A DNA stretch of 29,470 nucleotides from Silvanigrellaceae bacterium (GTDB lineage Bacteria > Bdellovibrionota_B > Oligoflexia > Silvanigrellales > Silvanigrellaceae): assembly GCA_049423385.1 (NCBI GenBank), contig JBMSQQ010000043.1:1-29470 (forward strand). The letters run 5' to 3'. The position numbers were made by a program, and so were the translations under genes. How positions within the stretch are numbered: the stretch's first letter is position 1; each line of letters begins with the position of its first letter. Below are positions 7,477-17,400 of this stretch, piece by piece. The notes beneath the pieces are model-generated. The model did not search any database. It was not told the origin of the DNA and worked only from the letters and a program-made list of their open reading frames with translations.

Positions 7477-10400
7477 CAATGTTTGCCTCCCGGTGGCAGC
7501 AATTCGCCGAGCCCAACACCGAGAAGACTTCTGCTCCTTTCAACAAAAGGATTGTCCTCCGGCGAGCGCATGGCATCCAAGGAGCGCAGACCACCCTTCA
7601 ACGACATGATACGTGAATGAACAGCGTTCAATTTTCCGTCAAATCGAACCGCTGTTTTCAAATCCGCTTCAAAAAGACGAGACGCTGACTCCCGCAATCG
7701 GCTTACGTACAGACCAAAGTTGACAACAACCTCGTCGATGCATTTTGCAGAATTATAATTCGCTGGGTGTGAGCGCTCTCCCGTCAAACGACACAACTTG
7801 ACCATCGTGTCGAAATTCCTGGATACAGTGCTCAGTGAAGAGTCGAACGAAGCAGCATCCGAACTCCGGGAGGCACGGTCGCTTTCGCTCGACAAGAGCA
7901 TTTTCCACCTGCGGCTTGTCGAGTCCAAAAGCCCAACGAGAAGTCTATTGGTTTGAGGATGGCCTGGGACAAAAACTCCCTGACCTTTCTGAAGCACAAC
8001 AAGAGACTCTTCCAGCACTGCGAACAATCGTGAATATTTCCCCGATTCACCAAACGCAGCCCAGAATGGCAAGCTCTGCTCGACAAGGTCGCCTGCAATC
8101 ACCCAGGGATTCCGCGTCCTGCTTTTTCCTTTCCCGGGACCAACAGAAGCCTTCACCCACTCATTGAGATCAAGCGCAAGTATTGAGGCAACTGAAAAAT
8201 TGCCGGTGGCAAAGGCTCTGGTCGCCCAATCCAGCAGATGCGGATGCGTCGCCGCCGCATCACCCGACAAGGAAGCAACCTTTGTCAAAATTGTTCTTGC
8301 CGAGATCACTTCCGGCCACATTTTGAGTTCAGCAAAGATATCGCCTGCTCTCATGACTCCAGACTTTGCCGATCTGATCAAATCAGACCTTCCAGATTCC
8401 AACGCGGGGCCAGCAGCACCCAACCATGACTCGGCAGCACTCAAGAACCGACCTGTGCGGTTGTATGCTTCCCCAAGCGCATGCCGGACAGAGAACATGT
8501 CATGGGCAGAATACCCCGATGAACTGCTGATTCGCGCGCCTGTCGCCACACAAAGCACGTCGAGTCCGGCCAAACACGATTGCAAAGCAGCATCAACCCG
8601 CAGATCGCGGCCTGTCGCAGAGTCAGGAGAAAACCTGTCCGCACCTTCGATCAAGACCTGTACAGCCTCGAATATCCTTCCAGAATTTCGGAGTGCCAGT
8701 GACTTGCGGACGAGGTGGTATGCCATCACAGACTCAAACTTGAATCGAAGTCCGGAATCTGGCGCCGAGGACGCACTCAAGCGGTTCATAACCAACCAGG
8801 CTGCGGTCTCGATCTGGGCCGACACCTTTGGCTGAACCAGGATTCTCATGAGCGATGCCAATAGACTTTCGCGCTCGAACTGAAAAATCTCGGAGCTCGA
8901 ATCCTGGCTCAAAAGCAAGGAAACGGCGATCTTCTCGGCGTCGTTGAAGCGCTGTCTTTCAATGGCATCATTGACAGACTCCAATGCAAACTTTCTGATT
9001 TCAGAATCGTCACCATGCAGTTCCAGACTGTTGTGCACCAACGCCACGAGTGCAGACCAAGTTGAACCGTCGAATGAGGATCGACGTAATGCAGATCTGA
9101 ACATTTCAAGCCTGCTGAGTGTCACAGCTGTCTTTTGCTTGTCGGAATCGGAACAATTTTTGAACCAGGAGTAAACACGCTCTGCCAGGGGCTCAAATGC
9201 AGACGCTGCAAGAATCCGATGCGAAAGTACAAACGCAGGCAATTCAGAACACACTTCGGAACTTTCGGAATAAAGCGCTTCCGTCACTTTATAAATCGAC
9301 TGGATAGTACTTGAACTCATCGATGCAGGATTCTGAGTGGCCTTCGAAGACAAGGCTGCTCGGGCCCATTCACGCAAGAGCTTTCTTCTTCTGCCGTCGA
9401 GGGCAGAGTCCATCGATATTTCCTTTGCAATCGATGCTTGCGGCTGAAGTGAAAGAACCGCGCGAATTCGAAATTCATCCATCGCCTCGATTGCGCCGTC
9501 CTGCTCGTAAACTTCCATGGCTGTCGAGAAGAAATCCATACCGGATGAACCTCTGGAGAGCACGGGCTCAAGTGACTCAATCCATCTGATTGCTGTTTTC
9601 GCGGCATCTTTTTGTACCGCATATTTGAGTGAACGGATGAGTCCGACAGTCACCCATGCCGATCGCTGTGCCTCCTGTATCCAAAACGACGGTACAAAAT
9701 TGGGAGCTGTTTCACTCAACGAAACCGCCAACATCACACTCAATTCAGTTCGGACGGCGGTCGACAATGCACGTTCGTCGAAATCCAATGTTGAAGCGAG
9801 CTTCTCAAGACGAACGAGAGTCTCCTGGTATTTCATCAACCTGAAGGACACCCAGGCCATCCTGATTGCCAACAGCGATCCAGGAAAAACTTTCACCGAA
9901 GCCTTGTTCAAGGCAAAGCACTCTGCAGACTTCGAGTACATCTCCTCGGCCGCCCCGAATTCGGCATTGAAGAATTCGCCATCACCGGCAAGGGCAAAAG
10001 CCAGGCAGCGTTCATGTGTATTCTCAAAGGCATCCATTTGGGCAAGCTCAAAAACCTTTGAGCCAAATCGCCTGGCATCGGCAATTTCCTTGTCTGCAAG
10101 AAGTGTCGACAAGTACACGAGGCTCACTCTCAGAGCCGATCGACTTGCAGGAGCAAGTGACTGTGCATGCCGGACGGCTGTCTTCAAATACTCCCGCCGC
10201 TCTTTCCCGGAAACACCTCTTGCAAGAAACAGTGCAGACTGAACGCTGGTTTCATCCGGTGTAACGCTCTTGTACAATTCAGTCAGGCGAGTTTTGATGC
10301 CAATCGACATTTCGCTTGAGTCCCGCGACAGTTTGTCGATTCTCGAGTTGATTGGAACGAGGGACTGCGCGGATTCCGTCAATATCAAATTCATCAATTC

Positions 10401-10586
10401 GCCGGACCAGGCGTCATAATTATCCCGCAGCAAAGACCATGCGATGTCTTCCGAAAGATTCTTTTCCAGGACTGCTGCCCGGGCCGAGTCCGCGCAAAAG
10501 ACGAGAAATAACACAATCATCATGCATTTCGCGGTCAATTTTTTAATCATGGAACGGATGAATTTCGACCTGGTGATCCATTTCAT
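7476..10586 (-). CDS. Large exported alpha-solenoid/TPR-like protein (1036 aa); candidate GltD/AgmU-like
   Basis: Signal peptide (MMIVLFLVFCADSARA), SD GGAGG and ATGA overlap with the upstream gene. Helical-repeat character, including the segment AGDGEFF...AIRMAWVSFRLMKY...VRTELSVMLAVSLSE. Confidence 0.75.
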   Translation of the reverse strand: MKWITRSKFIRSMIKKLTAKCMMIVLFLVFCADSARAAVLEKNLSEDIAWSLLRDNYDAWSGELMNLILTESAQSLVPINSRIDKLSRDSSEMSIGIKTRLTELYKSVTPDETSVQSALFLARGVSGKERREYLKTAVRHAQSLAPASRSALRVSLVYLSTLLADKEIADARRFGSKVFELAQMDAFENTHERCLAFALAGDGEFFNAEFGAAEEMYSKSAECFALNKASVKVFPGSLLAIRMAWVSFRLMKYQETLVRLEKLASTLDFDERALSTAVRTELSVMLAVSLSETAPNFVPSFWIQEAQRSAWVTVGLIRSLKYAVQKDAAKTAIRWIESLEPVLSRGSSGMDFFSTAMEVYEQDGAIEAMDEFRIRAVLSLQPQASIAKEISMDSALDGRRRKLLREWARAALSSKATQNPASMSSSTIQSIYKVTEALYSESSEVCSELPAFVLSHRILAASAFEPLAERVYSWFKNCSDSDKQKTAVTLSRLEMFRSALRRSSFDGSTWSALVALVHNSLELHGDDSEIRKFALESVNDAIERQRFNDAEKIAVSLLLSQDSSSEIFQFERESLLASLMRILVQPKVSAQIETAAWLVMNRLSASSAPDSGLRFKFESVMAYHLVRKSLALRNSGRIFEAVQVLIEGADRFSPDSATGRDLRVDAALQSCLAGLDVLCVATGARISSSSGYSAHDMFSVRHALGEAYNRTGRFLSAAESWLGAAGPALESGRSDLIRSAKSGVMRAGDIFAELKMWPEVISARTILTKVASLSGDAAATHPHLLDWATRAFATGNFSVASILALDLNEWVKASVGPGKGKSRTRNPWVIAGDLVEQSLPFWAAFGESGKYSRLFAVLEESLVVLQKGQGVFVPGHPQTNRLLVGLLDSTSRRWKMLLSSESDRASRSSDAASFDSSLSTVSRNFDTMVKLCRLTGERSHPANYNSAKCIDEVVVNFGLYVSRLRESASRLFEADLKTAVRFDGKLNAVHSRIMSLKGGLRSLDAMRSPEDNPFVERSRSLLGVGLGELLPPGGKH

Positions 10587-12502
10587 CGGCCGGACCTCCA
10601 TTCGAGATTTTCACTTCGGATTCTTCGCGCATCGTTGATTCTGTCGCGGGTCCATTCGGCCGCCGACTTCTCCTTCAGGGTCCTGATCCTGATTTCTTCG
10701 TTGGCAATCTGCTCAGCAAGTTCAAGTGAACGTTCTTGTTTGTAGAGTTCAACATCCACGCTACCCAAAAGCTTGAGCAGCTGCGGCCGTATCAATTTTC
10801 CTGTCGTCTTCATGAACTGATCCAGATCGCTACGGATGCTGGAGCTGCTGGCGTTGACTTCAGCGAACGCCTTCGCCAATTTCCTTGCCTCTGCAAGCTT
10901 CCTGGAAAAAACCTCGTCTGATTCAAATTTCAATCTTTCGAGAAGACGAGCTGACTCCTGGAAATAGAGACCAGCCTGTGTGCTTTGGAAGCTTGGCTTG
11001 GACAAGCCCGCCAGTACTTTCTGAACATCGTCGAGCGCTTTTCCCACCCTGAAGATTCTCTCCTTGAGGGAGGAATGCTGCGTTGTCGTATGGGGGACAA
11101 GATTCATGGAAGCGGAGACAAAATCCATGAGAAGCTGTCGTTTTTCACGGCTCAAGGCAGCAATTTCTGCTTGATAATCCAAGCCCGGAGAAGCGTCGTT
11201 CCGGATCAGATCCACAGCTGCACTTCGGGCATTCAAGGTCCTCAGGGCTCCTTCGATCGTCGCAAGATTTCTTTTCATCAAGAGCGATCGTCGTGTGCTT
11301 TCCCCGGCACCAAGACGATGCAATCCTCTCCCCAGCTTTGACTGCATTCCAACAAATCGCTCAGAGACAAGCTGCAGTACCTTCTTGTCTTCCTCGGCAG
11401 ACAATTGCTCTGCCATCTGCGATATCAGCCGCTCCACCGAGGCAACAAGCTCCATCAAAATGGAGTCATTTCTGGCGAGCAATGGATCGTCATCAAATGC
11501 GAGAAGCTGCTCAAGTCTATCCTCGCGACCTAGCCAGGAGTCGAGCACCAACCGGATACCGTCGCTGCGCATCAGCAACTCCGTTTTTTGGGAGACCGAA
11601 AGAATGGCTCCAAGAGCAGTTTGCCATTCCCGGCTATCGACCTGATGCTGCTGACAGATAGACTCAATTCTTCGAAGAAGATCGAGGCTGATGTTCGATT
11701 GTTGGACTTTTAATCTGAGGTCTTCGATTTCATCCCTGTCCTGGCGGAGTATCCATCGTTGCCTTCGTGATTCTGCAATGGCTTGCTCACTGCCTTTTTC
11801 GACACCTTGTTTTCCCGGATGCATCTTCAGAACAATCGCATCGATTGAAGAGGAAATATAGGTCGTTTGTGGATCTCCAGCCATTGGAAATTGTGATTTC
11901 GCAGGTCCATTTTTCCCGGCTTTTGATGATTTCAGTGCCCTCAAACCTCTTTCAAAAAGCTCGATTCTTGCAAACTTCCAATCGGCAGAATCAATTCCTT
12001 TTCCAAGGGAGATGCGCGCCTTTTCAATCATTCGGCCTGCCTGCTCTGTTTCTCCGAGGAGCACAAAAACCGACGCCGCACGCAACCAGGCCGACCATGA
12101 ATATGAGGTTTCCGAGTTCTCTGCGAGGGCCGTGTAGACTCTGAATCTGGACTTGATTTCTTCAGCCTTTTGATTGTTTTTGTCTGATACACCGGGTGCA
12201 ACGAACTTGAAAAGAAAGCTGCATGACTCGAATTGATCGTAATCTGGATTTGCAATTCTAAGGCACTGATCGATTGTTCCTCTCAGTCTTGTGTCTTCTG
12301 AAATGTCCAAAGCAGGTGTCCATGAAACAGGCATCGACTGAAGGGAATGGAGATGTTGAACAAAGCCCCGCGCGTTCGACCACTCCAGATTGTTGAAGTT
12401 GTGCTCCTCAGCGTTGGCGCTTCTTCCTGTGGATAAAAGTGAGAAGACGAGACAGATTCTGGTCATTCTTGCTGAAGTCTTTTTTTTCGAGTTCAGAATC
12501 AC
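10583..12502 (-). CDS. Exported helical/coiled-coil protein (639 aa); candidate GltC-like
   Basis: GTG start with SD AGGAG and GTGA overlap. Signal peptide ending SANA. One TPR-like segment and a long coiled-coil-like C-terminal half. Confidence 0.72.
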   Translation of the reverse strand: MILNSKKKTSARMTRICLVFSLLSTGRSANAEEHNFNNLEWSNARGFVQHLHSLQSMPVSWTPALDISEDTRLRGTIDQCLRIANPDYDQFESCSFLFKFVAPGVSDKNNQKAEEIKSRFRVYTALAENSETSYSWSAWLRAASVFVLLGETEQAGRMIEKARISLGKGIDSADWKFARIELFERGLRALKSSKAGKNGPAKSQFPMAGDPQTTYISSSIDAIVLKMHPGKQGVEKGSEQAIAESRRQRWILRQDRDEIEDLRLKVQQSNISLDLLRRIESICQQHQVDSREWQTALGAILSVSQKTELLMRSDGIRLVLDSWLGREDRLEQLLAFDDDPLLARNDSILMELVASVERLISQMAEQLSAEEDKKVLQLVSERFVGMQSKLGRGLHRLGAGESTRRSLLMKRNLATIEGALRTLNARSAAVDLIRNDASPGLDYQAEIAALSREKRQLLMDFVSASMNLVPHTTTQHSSLKERIFRVGKALDDVQKVLAGLSKPSFQSTQAGLYFQESARLLERLKFESDEVFSRKLAEARKLAKAFAEVNASSSSIRSDLDQFMKTTGKLIRPQLLKLLGSVDVELYKQERSLELAEQIANEEIRIRTLKEKSAAEWTRDRINDARRIRSENLEWRSGR

Positions 12503-13206
12503 CTCGTCTCCTTTCTGAACTCATCTATAATCAGAGGCCTTTCCGGCTTTTTATTCTCTGGCGCTTTTGGTGCGCTCGAAACTTCGCCTTTTGTTTCATC
12601 CATGATCGTGACTGTTTGAACCTGTGAGTTTCCACCACTCGCCTGGATATTGATTTCGAAAATCCTGTCGATTGCCTTCCACGCAGCCTTGCTGCCGGCA
12701 AAGAATCTCCCGCCATAGGGAGAAACCTGGAATTGGAGTCGGACTTGATGCTTGCCTTCTGGAATGCGTCCAACGAAAAGAGGAAGTGGATTATTCTCAC
12801 TGACGATCAGCGCACTTTGAGTGTAGACAAAGGGACGTCCATCCATCGCCATCCGGATGTGACTCACAACCAACTTGTCGGTTTTGTTTTCATCTGGTGA
12901 AGTCGCGCTGAACGGCTTCAATTCAAGACGGTAATCCACAGTGGATTTGTCTTCGACGCCAAGGACTGAACGCTGCGTCGTGTCGATTCTTTTTTCCAGC
13001 TCTCGAATTTTCGCCTCGAGAGTGTTGGATCTCTCGACCAATTGGCGAATTTCCGTGGGTGTAGAATCTACAGTGGATTCAACTGAAAGCTCCGCTGCGT
13101 AAGCTTGAACGGGCAGGCAAAAAACGCAAACGCCGAAAGTGGGAACAAAAAATTCCACCACCTTCTGCAAATGTGATTGAGGGCAGAATACAGCGTTCTT
13201 TTTCAT
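12499..13206 (-). CDS. Exported protein with an N-terminal coiled coil and a beta-rich domain (235 aa)
   Basis: Signal-like VCVFCLPVQAYA, heptad segment EIRQLVERSNTLEAKIRELEKRID, then beta-rich MDGRPF...LFVGRIPEGKHQVRLQF. Start uncertain (ATG 13206, weak SD). Confidence 0.7.
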   Translation of the reverse strand: MKKNAVFCPQSHLQKVVEFFVPTFGVCVFCLPVQAYAAELSVESTVDSTPTEIRQLVERSNTLEAKIRELEKRIDTTQRSVLGVEDKSTVDYRLELKPFSATSPDENKTDKLVVSHIRMAMDGRPFVYTQSALIVSENNPLPLFVGRIPEGKHQVRLQFQVSPYGGRFFAGSKAAWKAIDRIFEINIQASGGNSQVQTVTIMDETKGEVSSAPKAPENKKPERPLIIDEFRKETR

Positions 13207-13298
13207 TGCGGTCTCGTCCCGACTGGAGTTGAAACACTTCTCCCCACTCGAGCTTCGCACGGACCGACAGAACACCCATCAGCAGATCTTTCCCAGCA

Positions 13299-14396
13299 CT
13301 AGAGGAATTTGACCCGCCCAAAAGAAGGATTTTCGTATCTCTGACCAAAATCACTTATCATTTCATGAAGTTCTATAACGGACTTGGCTTTTGTGGTCAT
13401 TTTCCAAAACGCATGACCAAATTGATACCATCGTGCCCCGGTTGCCGCGAAAAACCTGAATTTTTCGAGACAATAATCCTCCTGAGGGAAATGTTTCGCC
13501 ATGAGGCCAAGCAACATCAGGCACGCGCGAATGTACTCACGGCCTTCTTCTTCACTGGACCATGGACAGCGATCGCCTTCACGGTTGGGGGGGCTTTCCT
13601 GGTATCCCAGTCGCTCGGCAATTTGCCACATAATCCATGGTCGAGCAGTCGCCGCGCGCGCAATCATTGCGCCGTCTGCCTTGTAGTCACTCAATAGAGC
13701 AAGTGCATCATCTGCGGTTTGAATATCGCCGTTGCCAACCACCGGGATTGATCTTTCACGGGCGACCTGGCTGACCAAATCCCAATTGGCCGTTCCCTTG
13801 TGCTGCTGAGCCCTCGGACGAGGATGAATTGTAATCCAGTCTGCACCCGCTTTTTCGAGGGCCTCCGTGAATTCGAGAAGGTAGGGCAAAGTTTCATTCT
13901 CACCCTGGCCGCCTCTCAATTTCACGCTCACGGGTCTGTCGGTATGTCGTTTGGTCGCAATGACAACCGATGCAGCGTAGTCCTTGTCGCCCATCAACCG
14001 AACACCCCAGTTGTGTCGCAACGTGTGCGACACGGGACACCCCATATTGATATCAAAGCCCCAGGGTTTCACAGTCATCAGTTTTTCAACACTCGGCGCG
14101 ATGTATTTTTCTTCATTCCCGAGCAACTGAGGTATAAAAAACTGCTCAGACTCAGCTGTCTTCAATTCATTCGTGGTCGACAATTTTTCATCGGGCAACC
14201 GACGCGTGGACAACATTTCGGTGAATCTGAGGACATTCAATCCACGCGGCGTGTAGGCACGGATCAATTCGCGAAAAGCCACATTTGAAAGTCCCACCAT
14301 GGGGGCCACGAGGAAGGGAAAATCGATTCCCAATCGATTGAGCCGGCTTTCAGGAAATCGGCAAGCGTGAATCGGCCGGCCATTGTTTTTGTCCAT
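13299..14396 (-). CDS. dus: tRNA-dihydrouridine synthase (Dus family), 365 aa
   Basis: VAPMVG, FTEM, PQLLG, DINMGCP (catalytic Cys), VSVKLR, ITIHPR, GNGDI and MIARAATARPW. ATG 14396 is 13 nt after the omp85 stop. Subfamily (B or C) not resolved. Confidence 0.92.
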   Translation of the reverse strand: MDKNNGRPIHACRFPESRLNRLGIDFPFLVAPMVGLSNVAFRELIRAYTPRGLNVLRFTEMLSTRRLPDEKLSTTNELKTAESEQFFIPQLLGNEEKYIAPSVEKLMTVKPWGFDINMGCPVSHTLRHNWGVRLMGDKDYAASVVIATKRHTDRPVSVKLRGGQGENETLPYLLEFTEALEKAGADWITIHPRPRAQQHKGTANWDLVSQVARERSIPVVGNGDIQTADDALALLSDYKADGAMIARAATARPWIMWQIAERLGYQESPPNREGDRCPWSSEEEGREYIRACLMLLGLMAKHFPQEDYCLEKFRFFAATGARWYQFGHAFWKMTTKAKSVIELHEMISDFGQRYENPSFGRVKFL

Positions 14397-14409
14397 GAGT
14401 CTATTCCAG

Positions 14410-17400
14410 TCAGAAATTGGCGCCAATCCCGATGTGATAAGCGCCAGGGACCGGGAATAGCCCAAACAAACGGGAAGTGGAACGTCTTTTTACACAAGCT
14501 GGAGCCTCGCTGGTCCCTGCAACATCCGATGGGTTGATGCATTTTTCGTTCCGGCCTGCATCTTGCGGTTCGTGCAGGGGAAAGCCGACGTCGACGTTGA
14601 TTGATGCGAAATTCGAAATGATGTACCTGATCCCGGCACCCGCGGAAAAGTAGCTGTTGATGCTATAATCCTTGAAGAAATCCCGACTGAGAAGATTGAT
14701 TGAACCGTCGCCGACGACGCTCGCGGCCTTGAGAGCACACTGATCTTCCGAACCAGGGTCGAGATAATCTCCTTCCCCTTTGAGGCGCGTCTGCAAGGTT
14801 TGAAGCTCGGTTCCGGTGAAGAATGCGGCACCGGAGTCAAGGAAACCCGCAAATCCAAGACTTTCACCCAACCACGGTGAACGCAATCGGACCTCGCTCT
14901 TTGCATAGAGGACGTTTGTGGCGCCAATGGGTTTCACAGTTGGCTGACACTGGAGTGAAGGATTGCCTTGAGGAGGAACAAAATTGAGCCACAGCAAGGG
15001 TCCAGGAGTGACTGTGCTGCTCGCCTCGGGGAAACCCCGAACAGTCGATCGACCTGCGAGAGTCGCCCGCCGCGAACTGGGAGCGGTCACCGCGACTGCC
15101 TGCGCATTTACAACATCCGAAACCTTGATTCCGCCCAAATTGATCGCACCTGAAAGCCGTCGATAAATGGGAAAGAAAAATCCTGTGTCCACGCTGTATC
15201 GGTCATATCGAACGTCTGACAACAATCCAAATCTCGCATGATTGGAAACCACATCGAACGTCATCCCATTCACAGGCCATTCCACATTGTCTCTTGAGTC
15301 GAACGATGCTGCCAAAAGAAACTCGCGAATCTTCACAGTTGGCCTGTCGAGAGCCTCCAAAGGCTTCAGGTCTTCGCCGAATGCTTTCGACCACTCGTGA
15401 ATCACCCGCGACTGAACAGTCCATGACCTTCCGGCGAACTGGGGACGCCAAGCGAAACCCGTGTCAAGCGTTTCAAAATATCGATCGGAAAGTGACTGGG
15501 CTGAAACTTCCAGTCCCGAAACAATACTCCAGTCCAGTGGAGACACATAACTGCCAAAACGAATCAATGGCTCCATGAGACCAATAGTCACTTTCCGACC
15601 CATGATTCTCTGGTTTGAAAAGACAGAGCTCTGCAATTTTTCCTGGCTCAATGCGAGGGCAGATGTGAATCTCAATCCATCCGCGGAAAGGTTGTTCTTT
15701 GCAAAATCTACATTGAAGCGATATCCGCTGCGTGTTCCATAACTGGGACTGAGTCCAAGTGAATAACTTCTTTTGGCTGTGAGTCGGATCACAAGATCAA
15801 GAACAGAATCGCGTCGCTCAAGTGCCTCTGCAGATATTGGCTCGATGATGACTGTATCAAACAGATCGTGCTTCAAAATTCTCGCACGACACTGTTCGAG
15901 TCCGTCGGGTGAAAAAATGTCACCCGTTCTGAGTCCACTTTCAATGATGATTCGCTCCTGCTTTCCAAAACTGTCACCTTCCGCATAGATCTTGCCAATC
16001 CGAACCAATGGACCGGGATTCAAGTCAACTGTCACCTGAATGGGTCTCACCAAGCCAACGGGCGGCAAGCTTTTTGTCACGACTTGAATTGATGCGTATG
16101 CGTAGCCTGCATTCATCAGTTCCAGCCGAACCTCATCCTCAAGGTTCCTTAGAATTTGGGCGTTCAGCGGCTGACCCGGCTGAAGAGTTTTTTCCTGAAA
16201 ACTTTTGGTCAAATTGAAGTCAACCGGCCGACCAAGAATTGTCACGTCGCGAAGAACCGAACGGTAGCCAGCCTTGACCTCAAAGACCAATTTGACACTG
16301 CGACCATCGGGAGAAAATTGCGCAACGGGATCGGCAACAGCCGCCTCGGCAAAGCCCTCGTCCAGATACAGACCCACCAGCTTGTCGCGATAACGCGGCA
16401 GCGAATCTTCAACAAATGGAACGGATCCTTCCAAAACCCCCGGAATCAAATCAAGCCGCTCAACAACCTCCTGACGAGGCAACGGTAGTTCGCCAATAAA
16501 CTGTGTATCACTGATCACAATCAGCGGGCCTGTTTGAACAAAAAAGCGAACAACAGTGTCTCCGTTTGGATCAGTGACACGAACGGGCCCGGTGACCACA
16601 GCAGTCGCAAAGCCCCGGTTGAAAAATTCACGCCTGACTTCTGCGCGCAACTCTTCGTCAGAAAGATTGAGCACATCGTACGCGGAGATTTTCTCCCTGA
16701 ACTCGGAAACAACATCTGTGACAATACCTGTTTGTCGATTCAAGACCTCGATGCGTGTCTTTGGCCCTCTGACATACCGAATCTTGAGAGAAGCTCGTTG
16801 GCGATCGGCAGAGATGCTCAACGACAACAGGCTCAGATGACTGTCGAAATAGCCATCGGCCAACAACCTGCTCTTTTGCCGCTCGAGCACTTCTTCAAGC
16901 GCTGCCTTGTCACAAAGTGAACCCAGTTCAATTGGTGTTGTAAAGTAATCGAAAAAGCTCTCGTCCGGCTCTGTTTTTATCTCCGCAATCCGACAAGGTG
17001 TCTCCAACGAAACTGGAAACACGACCTTGAGTTCACCACCAAGCCCCGCCACTGCCTCTGGTGAATCAACCCGTGCCATCAAATAACCACGCTCAGCCAA
17101 CTTGCTGCGGATGGCCTCGCGATCACGCTCTGCCTCTTCCACAATGAAGGGTAGGCCGACTTTTGTCTTCAGCGCAACGCGCACCTGACGAATCTGTGCG
17201 GAATTGAGTCCACGGAAAGCAACTTCACCCACTCTAGGCAAGCGGTTCGCGGTGACCTGGAGAACACCTCCGCCATCCTGGGAAACCCTTGATACAACAA
17301 TATTCTGGAGTCCGAGACGTTCAAAAAGAACGTGAATGATTGCATTTGAAATGTCTGATGCCGGCAGTTCGTTGAGGATCGCGAGAAGATCCGAAGGTGG

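Noticed and set aside
8164..10242. Plus-strand ORFs of 223 aa and 241 aa
   Set aside because: Antisense shadows of the 1036-aa gene with no recognisable motifs.
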